This document shows positions 1 to 11,140 of a stretch of DNA of 64,000 nucleotides, in pieces. Location of the stretch: assembly GCA_038087875.1 (NCBI GenBank), contig JAXLNO010000349.1, forward strand, positions 1 to 64,000, written 5' to 3'. A program made the translations under genes and the position numbers. Source of the stretch: Malacoraja senta. Taxonomy: Eukaryota. The notes beneath the pieces are model-generated. The model saw only the letters and a list, made by a program, of their open reading frames with translations. It was not told the DNA's origin and did no database searches. The first letter of the stretch is position 1; every line of letters begins with the position of its first letter.

Positions 1-186
1 TAACACGGCACACAGGGGTGATGGACAGGAAACTCCAATTAAAGTAATGCCGTCGGATCCAAAACAAAATGACCACGGTGATGAGGACCAGTAGATCGGC
101 CGCTGCCATGGCCACCAGGTAGCGAGTGGTGCAGGTGCAGAGGCCACACTTTCCCCGGGACAGGATCACAATCGCCACTAAATTCA
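1..186 (-). CDS. GPR139/GPR142-like class A GPCR, coding exon 2 (5' part; continues past window start)
   Basis: Minus-strand translation after acceptor cttgtctttccgcAG: (V)NLVAIVILSRGKCGLCTCTTRYLVAMAAADLLVLITVVILFWIRRHYFNWSFLSITPVCRV = end of TM1, TM2 (AxxD motif) and ECL1 Cys; open to position 1. Confidence 0.85.
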
Positions 187-644
187 CTGCGGAAAGACAA
201 GGGAACGGACACTGGGCATTTACTCAACACGGTCTCCGGGGCTGAACACCGGCTCGACTTTCAGCTCAAGATCAGGAGTGTTGGATTCGGTGCTCGGCTG
301 CTGCAAGTTTAACAATGTCAGAGCCGGCTCCGACTGTGCCCGACCTGCCTGCCTGCTTCAGGGGACAAGAGATAAGGTGAAGGGCGGGGAGGGAACGAGT
401 AGCCACCCACCCGCTACAATAGGCGCAATGGTCCTTTCTATAGTGAACCCTGCTGCTGCTCACAGTCTGTGATGGGGCCGCTTTCACAGACTTAACCGTG
501 AGCGGCCGGCCCCGTTTAACCAGGGCTCTGGGAACTCGGCATCTGATGGGGACGAGGAGGGAGGCTTCCAGAGGGAAGGCAGGGACAACATGGAATCCGG
601 CACCAGAGTGGCTCCGTTAATGGATTCATTCCACAGTGAGTTCA

Positions 645-865
645 GTAGACAACAGGTGCAGGAGGAGGCCATTTGGCCCTTCGAGCCAGCACCGCCATTC
701 AATGTGATCATGGCTGATCATCCCCAATCAGTACCCCGTTCCTGCCTTCTCCCCATATCCCCTGACTCCGCTATTTTTAAGAGCCCTATCTACTCTCTTT
801 TGAAAGCACCCAGAGAACCTGCCTCCACCGCCCTCTGAGACAGAGAATTCCACATTCACCACTCA
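645..865 (-). mobile_element. CR1-type LINE 3' tail fragment
   Basis: ggccatttggcccttcgagccagcaccgccattcaatgtgatcatggctgatc tail shared with the CR1 RT copies at 20.9, 57 and 63.4 kb. Confidence 0.8.
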
Positions 866-1004
866 TCACTCTCAAGCTTCCACTGAGGTTATCCCAATGG
901 CTTCTTGATGCAAACTACTTCATCTATTGCATTATCCCAAACTCTGCCCTTCCAGAACCAGGTTAGCATTCAGCACAGATAAGGGAAATTATTCAGAAAG
1001 GACT

Positions 1005-1215
1005 ACACAAGAGTAGACAAAAGTGCTGGAGAAACTCAGCGGGTGAGGCAGCATCTATGGAACGAAGGAAACGGGTAACGTTTCGGGCCGAAACCCTTCT
1101 TCAGACTAGAAATAGTCACCTATTTCCTTCACTCCATAGATGGTGCCTCATCCGCTGAGTTTCTCCAGCATTGTCTATCTTCGATTTTCCAGCATCTGCA
1201 GTTCCTTCTTAAACA
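1005..1215. mobile_element. Penelope-like terminal repeat, inverted pair, with hammerhead-like motif (1073-1107, minus)
   Basis: Same sequence as the 3' terminus of the RT/GIY-YIG element at 60985-61080, present in both orientations. Confidence 0.75.
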
Positions 1216-1229
1216 CTTTACACAAGAGT

Positions 1230-1490
1230 GCAGCTCGTAGGAGCAGAATTAGGCCATTCGGCCCATCATGTCTACTCCGCCATTCAATCATGGCCGATCT
1301 ATATTTCCCTCTCAACCCCATTCTCTTGCCTTCTCCCCGTAACCCCCCGACACCCGCACTAATCAAGAATCTATCACTCTCCACCTTAAAAGTATCCATT
1401 GACTTGGCCTCCACCCCCGTCTGCGGCAATGAATTCCACAGATTCACCACCCTCTGTCTAAAGAAATTCCTCCTCATCTCCTTTCTAAAG
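1230..1490 (-). mobile_element. CR1-type LINE 3' fragment
   Basis: Encodes FRKEMRRNFFRQRVVNLWNSLP (CR1 ORF2 C-terminus). Confidence 0.8.
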
Positions 1491-1654
1491 GTAAAGGTAA
1501 AGCTGGGGGGAGAATGCACTACAATGGCCGCCATATCCAATATCCCTGATATTCCTATTTCTCTCCCTGCCCACACAAGGTGCCCTTCACACTTCCCTCC
1601 TGAAGCAGAGGCCAATTGTTGCAAATGAGAGTCCACCCCTTCTGGTCCTGAAGG

Positions 1655-1845
1655 TCGACGCAGAAAGCGGAGTAACTCAGCGGGACAGGCAGCATCTCTG
1701 GAGAGAAGGAATGGGACTGAAGAAGGGTCTTGATCCGAATCGTCACCCATTCCTTCTCTCCAGAGATGCTGCCCGTCCCGCTGAGTTACTCCAGCACTTG
1801 TGTCTATCTTCGATTTAAACCAGCATCGGCAGTTCTTTCCCACAC
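1655..1845. mobile_element. Penelope-like terminal repeat fragments (inverted pair)
   Basis: gagtaactcagcgggacaggcagcatctctgg and its reverse complement, around a degenerate ctgaagaagggtcttgatccgaat motif. Confidence 0.7.
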
Positions 1846-2535
1846 ACGAAATCCAGCCGGTGCCAGGAATGCAACCTATTATCCCCATGTATGGATGGTG
1901 TGGGGTATATGTACCAAAGCACAGAGACAGGGGGGGGGGGAGTTAGTCGGGTTAGTTTAGACATACAGCGGCTAATCTCAGCAGACTCAAGATGGTGCAG
2001 GTGAAGTAACAACACACACACACACGCCGGTAGATCCGCGGCCACTGGTTCAGGAGATCGATCCAATTATTGACCAACAGGCGGTGGGTGGAATCCGACT
2101 GTGACAGACAGACTCCACAGTGAGACACAGTGTCCACAGGAGCGGCTGTTCACTCTGATCAATAACTCAGACACAGTGAACTTCACAATGTGAACCCCTC
2201 TCTCCCAGTCACACCGTCCAGGAGAGCTGCCTGCCTGCCTGTCTGTCCCGAGCACTGGGACAACTCTGGGCAAGGTCCCACTGAAGGCAAGAACAACATT
2301 CTAGTGGCTCCCGGCCGGCAGCAGTGAGAGAAAAAGAGGCTTAGTTTCAGCTGTCTGAAAATAAGACAAATCACAGCAGCGTTAATTCACAAATATTTCA
2401 ATGAGAGGATTGATATTCTTCACATATTCTTGTACAACGATCATCAGTTGGGAACTTGTAACATGATGAGAATCAGGTCAACACCAGTTAACACACGGAT
2501 GGAGTTATAAAACTTGAATTGTTCTGCTCACTTAC

Positions 2536-2617
2536 CAGGGACTCCAACGGCAGCAATGATCACGTACAGGATTTTCTCCACACTGTAATATTGCTCCAGT
2601 TTTACCCTGTGCCCCAT
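2536..2617 (-). CDS. GPR139/GPR142-like GPCR, coding exon 1
   Basis: ATG at 2617, MGHRVKLEQYYSVEKILYVIIAAVGVP + 1 nt, donor GTAAGT at 2535; the phase-1 junction joins exon 2 in frame (GVP-V-NLV, TM1). Confidence 0.85.
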
Positions 2618-2696
2618 TTTCTCTGCCCAGCGACAAGTCCCCGTGAGCTACCGGTAATGTCTCGGAATGAAATGCTGGGACAGAACATTCCTGGAG

Positions 2697-2704
2697 ATTT
2701 TATA
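2697..2704 (-). promoter_or_regulatory. candidate TATA box of the GPCR gene
   Basis: TATAAAA on minus strand about 80 bp upstream of the ATG; position only. Confidence 0.4.
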
Positions 2705-3529
2705 CCATTTTCCGTCTCCACCGGGACAGTGAAGTTTCAACAGAGTTTAAAAATAGAGATTTAGAAATGATTCACAAACAGATGACATCAGCCCAGTGAA
2801 ATCCCTACTGAGACAGGTTGTGATTTAATCAGGGAATTGATTGAGAAACTCCAAAGACTGGGAATTGTGGCGATAGACACTGAGGGATGGAAATTGGGAG
2901 TGGCGGCATTGTTCCAGCAAAGGGGATATTGTTTCAAACTCCATCAGATCCAACTCTCCACCTCATGTTGTTTGTCTGATTTCCTTCAATCCGTTTCACT
3001 CAGCAAGGCAATGCCAAATTCCAGGGACCCTCTCAGGGCATCTGGTGCCCAGTTTGAAGGTGGACTGGACTGGGCGACCTTTGTCCACAGGTTGAGGAAT
3101 TAGTTCAACACATCACCTCGGACTAAAATGCCCCCCCCCCCTCCACTCTGCTTCACCACTCAATATGATCGCGGCTTCACTGACTGTGACCTCAACCCCA
3201 CACTCCCGCTGACTGACCCCGGGAACCATTCACTCCCTGCTTGCCTGGAATAGATCTGACTATACCTTGGGACAATAACATTCTCTGCCTTCCTTCATCA
3301 CCTCTGTGGAGGAACGACCCAAAGACTCAGGACACTCAGAGAACAGAAACATTGCCGCCTCAGAATTGTCCAAAACCTAAATAAAACAGCGAATGATGCA
3401 GCACCTCTCCCTCCCCTCTTTCTCTCTCCCTCCATCCTTACTGATGTCACTCTCTCTGAACTGTTACTCTCTCTCCTACGCTCTCTATTCCCCCTCTCTG
3501 GGCTGCCCTCTCTCCATCCACTGATGGAG

Positions 3530-3730
3530 TGACACACAGTGGGATAGTACTGATGGAGGGATAAATATGGGGCAGAACTGACGCAGTGACACACTGTGGT
3601 GGTATTGATGGAGGGACACAGTGTGGTGGTACTGATGGAGGGACACACTGTGGTGGTACTGATGCAGTGACACACTGTGGTGGTACTGATGGAGGGACAC
3701 ACTGTGGTGGTACTGATGGAGGGACACACG
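3530..3730. repeat. ~27-bp minisatellite (cacactgtggtggtactgatggaggga)n followed by (GA)n
   Basis: About 7 tandem units visible. Confidence 0.9.
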
Positions 3731-3733
3731 GGG

Positions 3734-3769
<36 letters not shown>

Positions 3770-4574
3770 GAGAATGCATTATTGGCCCCACAAAGCTGGT
3801 CAAATTGCAGCAAGTATTCCCTCATGGCTCTGTGATGCATTAAAGGCTTAAAAGCACCTTGCCAGCCAGCCAGCCAGCCAGCCAGCACAGGGAAAAGGCC
3901 AAAAAATGGATTTTGCTGCGTGCCTGGCTGAGAATCTATTTTAGGCCCCACAAGGCTGGCTGGTAAAATGGCAGAAAGCATTGCCTCATTCGGCCCATCT
4001 GTGCTAGCCCAGGAGGTGACCCTTCTCCCAATCAGGCATGTTCTCTGTCCCCACTGTTCTGTCCCCCCCACACTGTTCTCTGTCCCCACACTAGCCCTCC
4101 CCAGCCACCACCCTCAGTGTGTGATGATCATAATAGTCAAAGGTGACTGTACTCAAAACTCAGATTACACCCCACCAAAAATAGTTGCTTAAGTGTCCCT
4201 TTGGCCAATCAGGCCCTGTACTAGCCCAGGATGTGCCCCTAAGGCTCATCAGGCCTTTACTAGCCCTCAGGCCTCAATGTGTGATGATCATAAGAGTCAA
4301 GTGTTTGATTTGATGAATTTATTTTTATTTCATTGCAAGACCCACCCACTTTAATACAACTTGGCTCCAGTTTCAGAGCAAAATTCTTTGTTTTCCACAG
4401 CAGCATCAGCAGCAGCAGGCACCTGGTCCTATATCCTCCTTCATTGTTCACATCTGTAGAAAAGAAAAGAGGAAAAAAGTCAACATTTGTCTCTCTCTTG
4501 TATTTCCCCGGGTATGTACTCGCTCACCTCACCGCAATGTTTCCCACAAAACAGTGGGAAAATACAGCAAAAAT

Positions 4575-4575
<1 letters not shown>

Positions 4576-4667
<92 letters not shown>

Positions 4668-4757
4668 ACCTATCTCTCTCTCTGCCTGTCTCTCTTTCAC
4701 TCTCTCTCTCCCTCTTTCTATCTCTCTCTCTCTCTCTCCCTCTCTCTCTCTCTCTCC

Positions 4758-4792
<35 letters not shown>

Positions 4793-4848
4793 TTCTCTCT
4801 CTCTCTCTCTCTCTCTCTGTATCTCTGTCTCTCTCTCTCTGTCTCTGT
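4576..4848. repeat. (CT)n microsatellite
   Basis: Direct; source of the SL-repeat ORFs. Confidence 0.95.
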
Positions 4849-5445
4849 ATTGAGTCTAGAAGTTGGGAGGTCACGTTGCAGTTGTACGAGACGTTGGTGA
4901 GGTTGCGTTTAGAGTATTGCGTTCAGTTCTGAGCACCGTGTTACAGGAGAGATGTCATTGAGTTTGGAAAGGGCGCGGAGAAGATTTTCTAGGATGTTGC
5001 CGGGACTCGAGGGGCCTGAGCTACAGGGAGAGGTTGGGGCAGGCTGGGACTCTATTCCTTGGAGCGCAGGAGGATGAGGGGTGATCATATAGATGTGTAC
5101 AAAATCACCAGAGGAATAGATCGGGTAGACACACAGAGTCTCTTGCCCAGAATAGGGGAATCGAGGATCAGAGGACACGGGTTTAAGGTGAGAGAGGCGG
5201 GGGTGGGGAAATTTGAATAGGAACCTGAGGGGCAACTTTTCCACACAGAGGGTTGTGGGTGTATGGAATGAGCTGCCGGAGGAGGCAGTTGAGGCTGGGA
5301 CTATAACAACACTTGGACAGGTACATGGATAGGACAGGTTTGGAGGGATATGGGCCAAACGCGGGCAGCATGTGGGACTACTGTAGATGGGCATGTAGGC
5401 CAGTGTGTCAAGTTGGGCCAAAGGGCCTGTTTCCACGCTGTATCA
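4849..5445 (+). mobile_element. CR1/HER1-type LINE 3' part
   Basis: SRSWEVTLQLYETLVRLRLEYCVQF then degenerate CR1 C-terminus and gggccaaagggcctgtttccacgctgtat tail. Confidence 0.85.
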
Positions 5446-5747
5446 CTCTGTCTCTCTGTTTCTCTCTCTCTGTCCCTCTGTCTCTCTGCCTCTCTGCTAG
5501 AGGGGATTTGGGCGAACGTAGACCCGATTCACACAATACCAACTGCGGGCTGGCAGGGGGGGAATGGGCCGAAGGGCCTGTTTTGGCCGGTCTGGGCTCC
5601 CCACATCCACACCGTTGTCACGCAAGGTCGGCTTCGTGAGTTTGGGGAAATGGTTTGGAAATAAGACAGAAATCTGCCTGAAGGGCTATATTAAGTGTGA
5701 ATTATAAAATGCGGGATCGGCCTGCATGCACCTGTGCATGTTCCCCC

Positions 5748-6445
5748 GGCTGCATTAAAGGGCATGCATGCATCACTGGTTGCATTAAAGGGAATGCATG
5801 CATCATTGGCTGCATTAAATGGAATGCATGCATCACTGGCTGCATTAAGGGAATGCATGCATCACTGGCTGCATTAAAGGGAATGCATGCATCACTGGCT
5901 GCATTAAAGGGAATGCATGCATCACTGGCTGCATTAAAGGGAATGCATGCTTCACTGGCTGCATTAAATGGAATGCATGCGTCACTGGCTGCATTAAAGG
6001 GAATGCATGCGTCACTGGCTGCATTAAAGGGAATGTATGCGTTACTGGCTGCATTAAAGGGAATGCATGCGCCACTGGCGGCATTAAAGGGAATGAATGC
6101 GTCACTGGCTGCATTAAAGGGGATGCATGCGTCACTGGCTGCATTAAAGGGAATGCATGCGTCACTGGCTGCATTAAAGGCAATGCATGCATCACTGGCT
6201 GCATTAAAGTGAATGCATGCGTCACTGGCTGCATTAAGGAGAAGGCATGCATCACTGGCTGCATCAAAGGGAATGCATGCATCACTGGCTGCATTAAAGG
6301 GAATGCATGCATCACTGGCTGCATTAAAGGGAATGCATGGATCACTGTCTGCATTAAAGGGAATGCATGCATCACTGGCTGCATTAAAGGGAATGCATGC
6401 ATCACTGGCTGCATTAAAGGGATTGCATGCATCACTGGCTGCATT
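5748..6445. repeat. 30-bp minisatellite (ggctgcattaaagggaatgcatgcatcact)n, about 23 copies
   Basis: Direct tandem array; explains the MHASLAALKG repeat ORFs. Confidence 0.95.
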
Positions 6446-7087
6446 CCTGCCTCCCGCTGCATGGCAGTGCTTTTATCCTTTCCTGCTCTTCACCAAAGAT
6501 TATATAGCAGAGCAAGATGCGCCACTCAGCAAAAAAAGGGTAGTATGCCATGGGTGGTTGTCGACGCCATTTTACCGGCGTGCCTCGACTACAGTCATGG
6601 CATCTACATCTAAATCTTCATCTCACTGCTCTGCTATCAATTGCTCTAATCGTCAATGTAAACGACCCGACCTGTCATTCTTTAGGTTCCCCGATAAAAA
6701 AGAAAGGTGAGAAAATATATTATATTTGACATATGTCAATTTTATTCTGAACTGAAAATGTTATTTTCTGGTCTCCCATCAACGGTCATTGGGAAACTAG
6801 GTTTGTCGGTACATTAGAAAGTTATTAGAATTATTTTTAATAGATCTTTATTTACCAATAATAAAGTCAATAATTGTAACACTTCTGTACGTTTTTGGTT
6901 TTGTTCTTGTAAGGCAGGGGTCTCCAAAATATGGCCCGCGTTATGGACACATTAGGCCCAGTGACCACCAGATTTTTCGAGCTCAGATTCGAGTCCGGGA
7001 ACGCGGCGGCTGTTACCCGTTATGTCCCTCGAATTGTCGAGACACCACAAGCAAAGATCACAAGCCCGCCGTGAAGAAGGGCGCAAT

Positions 7088-7124
7088 CAAAGATTATAAA
7101 ACTCCACTTGCTCTATAATCTTTG
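7088..7124. mobile_element. P-element end-to-end remnant (putative excision footprint) 1
   Basis: caaagattata...tataatctttg flanked by ggcgcaat/ggtgcaat (7/8 match, 8-bp TSD). Confidence 0.7.
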
Positions 7125-7173
7125 GGTGCAATGGTGGGGCGGGGGGTTCGGCGGCGGCGGCGGCGGTTGGAAT

Positions 7174-7209
7174 CAAAGATACTAGAGGAGCTCTACTCTA
7201 TAATCTTTG
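7174..7209. mobile_element. P-element end-to-end remnant (putative excision footprint) 2
   Basis: caaagatactagaggagctctactctataatctttg flanked by gttggaat/gccggaat (6/8); the first 18 nt equal the reverse complement of 20044-20061. Confidence 0.7.
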
Positions 7210-7249
7210 GCCGGAATGGGACGGCTGCGCCTTATAACGTGCCATCGTT

Positions 7250-7826
7250 CCACTCTCCCTCTCCCCCTTCTCCCACTCCCCCTTCTCCCTCTCCCCTTCT
7301 CCCTCTCCCCCTTCTCTCTCTCCCCCTTCTCCCTCTCCCCCTTCTCCCTCTCCCCCTTCTCCCTCTCCCCCTCCCCCTTCTCCTTCTCCCTCTCCCCTTC
7401 TCCCTTCTCCCTCTCCCCCTTCTCCCTCACCCCCTTCTCCTCTCCCCTTCTCTCTCTTTCCCCTTCTCTCTCTTTCTCCTTCTCTCTCTCAGCGCTGGGA
7501 CACCAACACGGAGCGGGCGATGCCTTGCCGGGTCGCCGCTCCGGAGTGCTGTGACCGCCGACCACCAACATCGAGGATCTGCGGTCTGCGGTCTGAGGGC
7601 GTCCCGCCGCGGGCGGGCGGCGCTGGATTGAAAACACTGCGGAGTCAGAATCGATCTCTCTCTCTCCCCCTTCTCTCGATCTCTCTCTCCCCTCTCTTCT
7701 CTCGATCTCCCTCCCTCTCCGTTCTTTCCCTCCCTCCCTTTCCTCTCTCCCTCCCTTCCCTCTTTCCCTCTCTCCCTCCCTTCCCTCTCTCCCTCCCTTC
7801 CCCCTGTGTGAGAGTTGGCAGCCCTG
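7250..7826. repeat. Pyrimidine-rich low complexity plus hAT-like end (gagagttggcagccctg) inside transposase intron 1
   Basis: End motif is the reverse complement of cagggctgccaactctc at 54185 and 55812. Confidence 0.6.
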
Positions 7827-10800
7827 CTATGCCTTAGGTCCAAAAGAGGATAGAAAGAAAATACTTAATGGTCTTTGTAAGAAGTTTTTAATATTCTCTT
7901 CTACATTTAAGGTAAATTGACATATTAGAGGCAAAATGCATCTTCAATATACAGGTCTCTCCACACAACTGAAAACAATTGCACTTAAGTGATACATCAT
8001 CCATTCTGCAGGCATGTAGTTAATCCTAAATGATATGTTCTGTAATTTCAGATGTCAACAGTGGGTCCAGAATACTCGTCGACAAGATCTCCTGAACTGA
8101 ACTCCCAACTTGTCAGCCAACTGTTGTCTTTGTTCTTTACACTTTGAACTTGACCAGTTTTCCAACAAGCAGACCAAGAACAGGCTAAATTGGAATGCAG
8201 TTCCAACGCTCTTTGACATTCCTAACCCGCCAAAACGTCTGTCTTCCCAACGCAGGTTACTCAAGAGGAAGAATGAGAACCTCCCATCCTCACCAACGCC
8301 TTTAAAACAGCAAAGAGGCAAGTAATTTTCTCCTTTTTAAAATAAAATATATTCTCTCACTTTGGCTAAATATTAAAAAGTTATATCCAAACTGATATAA
8401 TTGCCAATGGTCAATATGTAATGGCATGTATGGTACTTTTATTTTCATTTGTGAAATGTTCTCAAAAATATAATCATACGTAAGACTACACAGTGTGGGC
8501 TGATGGAATGCGTACTAGTATTTAATTAAAGTAAAAACATCCATTTAAAGCTTCCTCAAGCATAATTCATACAACATTTAAATTGATTTAATTTTTTTTA
8601 AATCTTCAAAAAATCAAGATCATGATTTTCTTCTGGTAGATTGAAATTGGTACATCACATCTATTTTTAATTATAATTATTGGTAGATGCTGATTTATTT
8701 ACATGTATATGCTTCATCTTTTTCATTAGTATGCTTGACATTTCTTTTTCCCTTTCTCATTTTTTTTGTCTTGGCAGTGTCACACAACATACTGGCCGAA
8801 CATTCTTACTGCTCAGCTGCAGGCAAAATTCATCGTAAAGAACCCAGCAGTGTCTCTACAACTCCTGAAAAACCTGATCTTCAATCCACACCAAATGTGA
8901 ATGACAGCAGAGCTCTGAAGAAGGAAAGACAGCGTACTTTCCGCCTCAAAAAAAGAGTACAACAGATTAAATTATCAATGAAAAAGAATACTACAGAAAG
9001 TAAGACAATTAGTGACTTGATCAGAGGGACTGGTGAATTTTTACAAGAACCAGCACTGTCTTTCTTTGCGTCGCAGTTGCGTAATGCGGCTGGACGTAGA
9101 AGTGCAAGAGGAAGACGATGGAGTTATTCAGACAAGGTGGTTGCCTTGTCCCTCTACCACCAGAGTCCCCCGAGCATATCAGTTCTGCCAGTGCATTTTC
9201 ACACTTCCATCAATCTCATCACTACGTAGGTGGTTGAGCAATATTGAAGTGAGGCCTGGGTTTCCCCCTAAGATCTTTGAACTTTTGAAAGACAGGGTTG
9301 TGGGGATGTCAGAGAGGGATACATTATGTGTAATCTCCTTTGACGAAATGAGTCTACGTGCAAGCCTCTTTTACAATATTACTGAAGATTCAGTGGAGGG
9401 CTTTGAGGACTTTGGATCCTTAGGGAAGACATCAAGGCCTGCCAACCATGCCCTAGTTTTCATGGTTAGAGGCTTGATGGGGAAATGGAAGCAACCTGTA
9501 GGTTACTTTCTTTCACGGGACTGCACAACGGCTGACAAACTACAAACATTACTCAATTAATGTTTACAGAAGGTTAAGGCTATTGGACTACAGCCTAAGG
9601 CCGTTGTTTGTGACCAAGGCCCAAGCAATATTCGACTGTACTCCAAATTGGGTGTGACAGAAGACCATCCTTTCTTCGTCCACGGGGGAACCAATATCTA
9701 TTGCATGCATGACCCACCCCACTTGTTGAAAAACACTCGCTCAAATTTGGAGAAATATGTTTTTGAGGTCAAGGGAGGTCAAGGGAGAGGATGGCAGAAA
9801 AAACATATCAAATGGGCGCATATTTACACATTTTATGAGCATGATTCACAGTTGCCCATTAGAAAGGCCCATAAATTAACCAGAGTACAACAGATTAAAT
9901 TATCAATGAAAACGAATACTACAGAGGCCATTTTGTTTTAAACAGCTTCTCTAAAATGAGAGTCAACAAGGCTGCGCAGGTGCTTAGCCATTCGGTAGCA
10001 GCAGGCGTCTACACCTATGCAGCTCTTGGAAAGTTACCTGGGGAGGCTGTTTATACGGCAGAGTTCATTGAAATGGTTGATGGACTGTTTGACTCATTTA
10101 ACAGCAGGTTTTTCAAGGACCCCAAAATGTTAAGGAGGCCTATGTCAGAAAAGTCTGCGCATAAGTCATTCTTTGAATCATGCTTGACTGTACTCCGAAG
10201 CTTGACAGTGCTTGGAGCTAAAAATGTGTTGTTTGTCAAGGGATGGCGGCTTGCAATTTATTGCATTTCACAGCTGTGGCAGCACATAAAGGAAAGCACA
10301 GACGCCCGTTTTATGTTCACATCTCGGATCAATCAGGATGTTGTAGAGAATTTGTTCTCCACTATTCGGCGAAAGGGCGGATTCAGAGAAAATCCATCAA
10401 CGAAGGAGTTTCGATGTGCTTTCCGGATGGTTATGGTGGCTGAACTGATAAAACCATCTGTGAGTGCAAACTGTTCCCCCGACTCAGACAGATTTATCTT
10501 AACATTGCAAACACTAACAAGAAACAGAGTCAAGAAACCATCTCCATCTATCTCCCATACCAATAAAACAAAACAGCACAATGCAGTCTGCAGCATTTCA
10601 CTAGATCTCCCTGAAGAGAATACACTAGCTTACATCGCAGGACACATCTGTCACAAAATCATCTCTTCACATGAACTGTCCTCAAAATGCCACACATGCA
10701 GAGAAGTTCTATTACGAACGGATGCCACTTTAGTAGATCCTGCACTCATATTCATCCATCACAAAGCATACGACACATCAACGTCTGACTTTGGCTCATT

Positions 10801-11140
10801 GATGGTGCCTTCGGAATACTTTCTTGGGTTCTGTGAAGTGTGCGAGAAAATGTTCCGCACAGAATTTGATGATGTTAAGATGACCAGGGATAACATTTCC
10901 CATCTAATAAACACAGCAATACATAACACACAGCAATACAAAGACATGAAGTTTTGCTGCAATAGAGTCAAGATTAGAATTGTAGCAATCTTTGTGAGTA
11001 TACACATGCACTATGGACTCAAATTCAAGAATAGAAAAATGCATAACATGACTGTTAAAAGGAGATGTAAAAAACTTTAAAAAGTGGAACATAAGTATAG
11101 TGCATAATTTTCAAACATTATTTATTTGAAGTAATCCTAT

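Larger units (their letters stand above)
6597..11080 (+). pseudogene. Spliced THAP-domain P-element transposase (exons 6597-6706, 8052-8317, 8778-11080), inactivated
   Basis: Exon 1 MASTSKSSSHCSAINCSNRQCKRPDLSFFRFPDKKE; exon 2 RCQQWVQNTRRQDLLN*TPNLSANCCLCSLHF...NAVPTLF (THAP C2CH + AVPTxF); exon 3 EHSY, coiled coil, SFDEM, VVCDQGPSN, DPPHLLKN, KMRVNKAAQVLS, NQDVVENLFSTIR...NP, YIAG...CxxC...GSL..PS. Lesions: TGA 8098-8100, frameshift near 9167, TAA 9558-9560, 41-bp insertion 9886-9926. Confidence 0.9.
6494..11140 (+). mobile_element. P-element superfamily DNA transposon (THAP9-like), left terminus plus transposase gene
   Basis: Left terminus caaagattatatagcagagcaagatgcgccactc (6494-6527) is an imperfect inverted repeat of 20030-20061; a THAP + P transposase gene follows. 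Confidence 0.85.

Noticed and set aside
4333..4932. Ser/Leu-rich ORFs (also 7122-7843, 62732-63534)
   Set aside because: (CT)n/(GA)n low complexity.
5697..6710. Long repeat-peptide ORFs (MHASLAALKG)n, one running in frame into THAP exon 1
   Set aside because: Products of a stop-free 30-bp minisatellite; the transposon terminus at 6494 lies between the array and the ATG at 6597, so the fusion looks fortuitous.
6915..7826. Single hAT element spanning cagggg...ccctg in the transposase intron
   Set aside because: Ends match poorly and flanking 8-mers (ttgtaagg vs ctatgcct) are not a TSD; treated as separate fragments.
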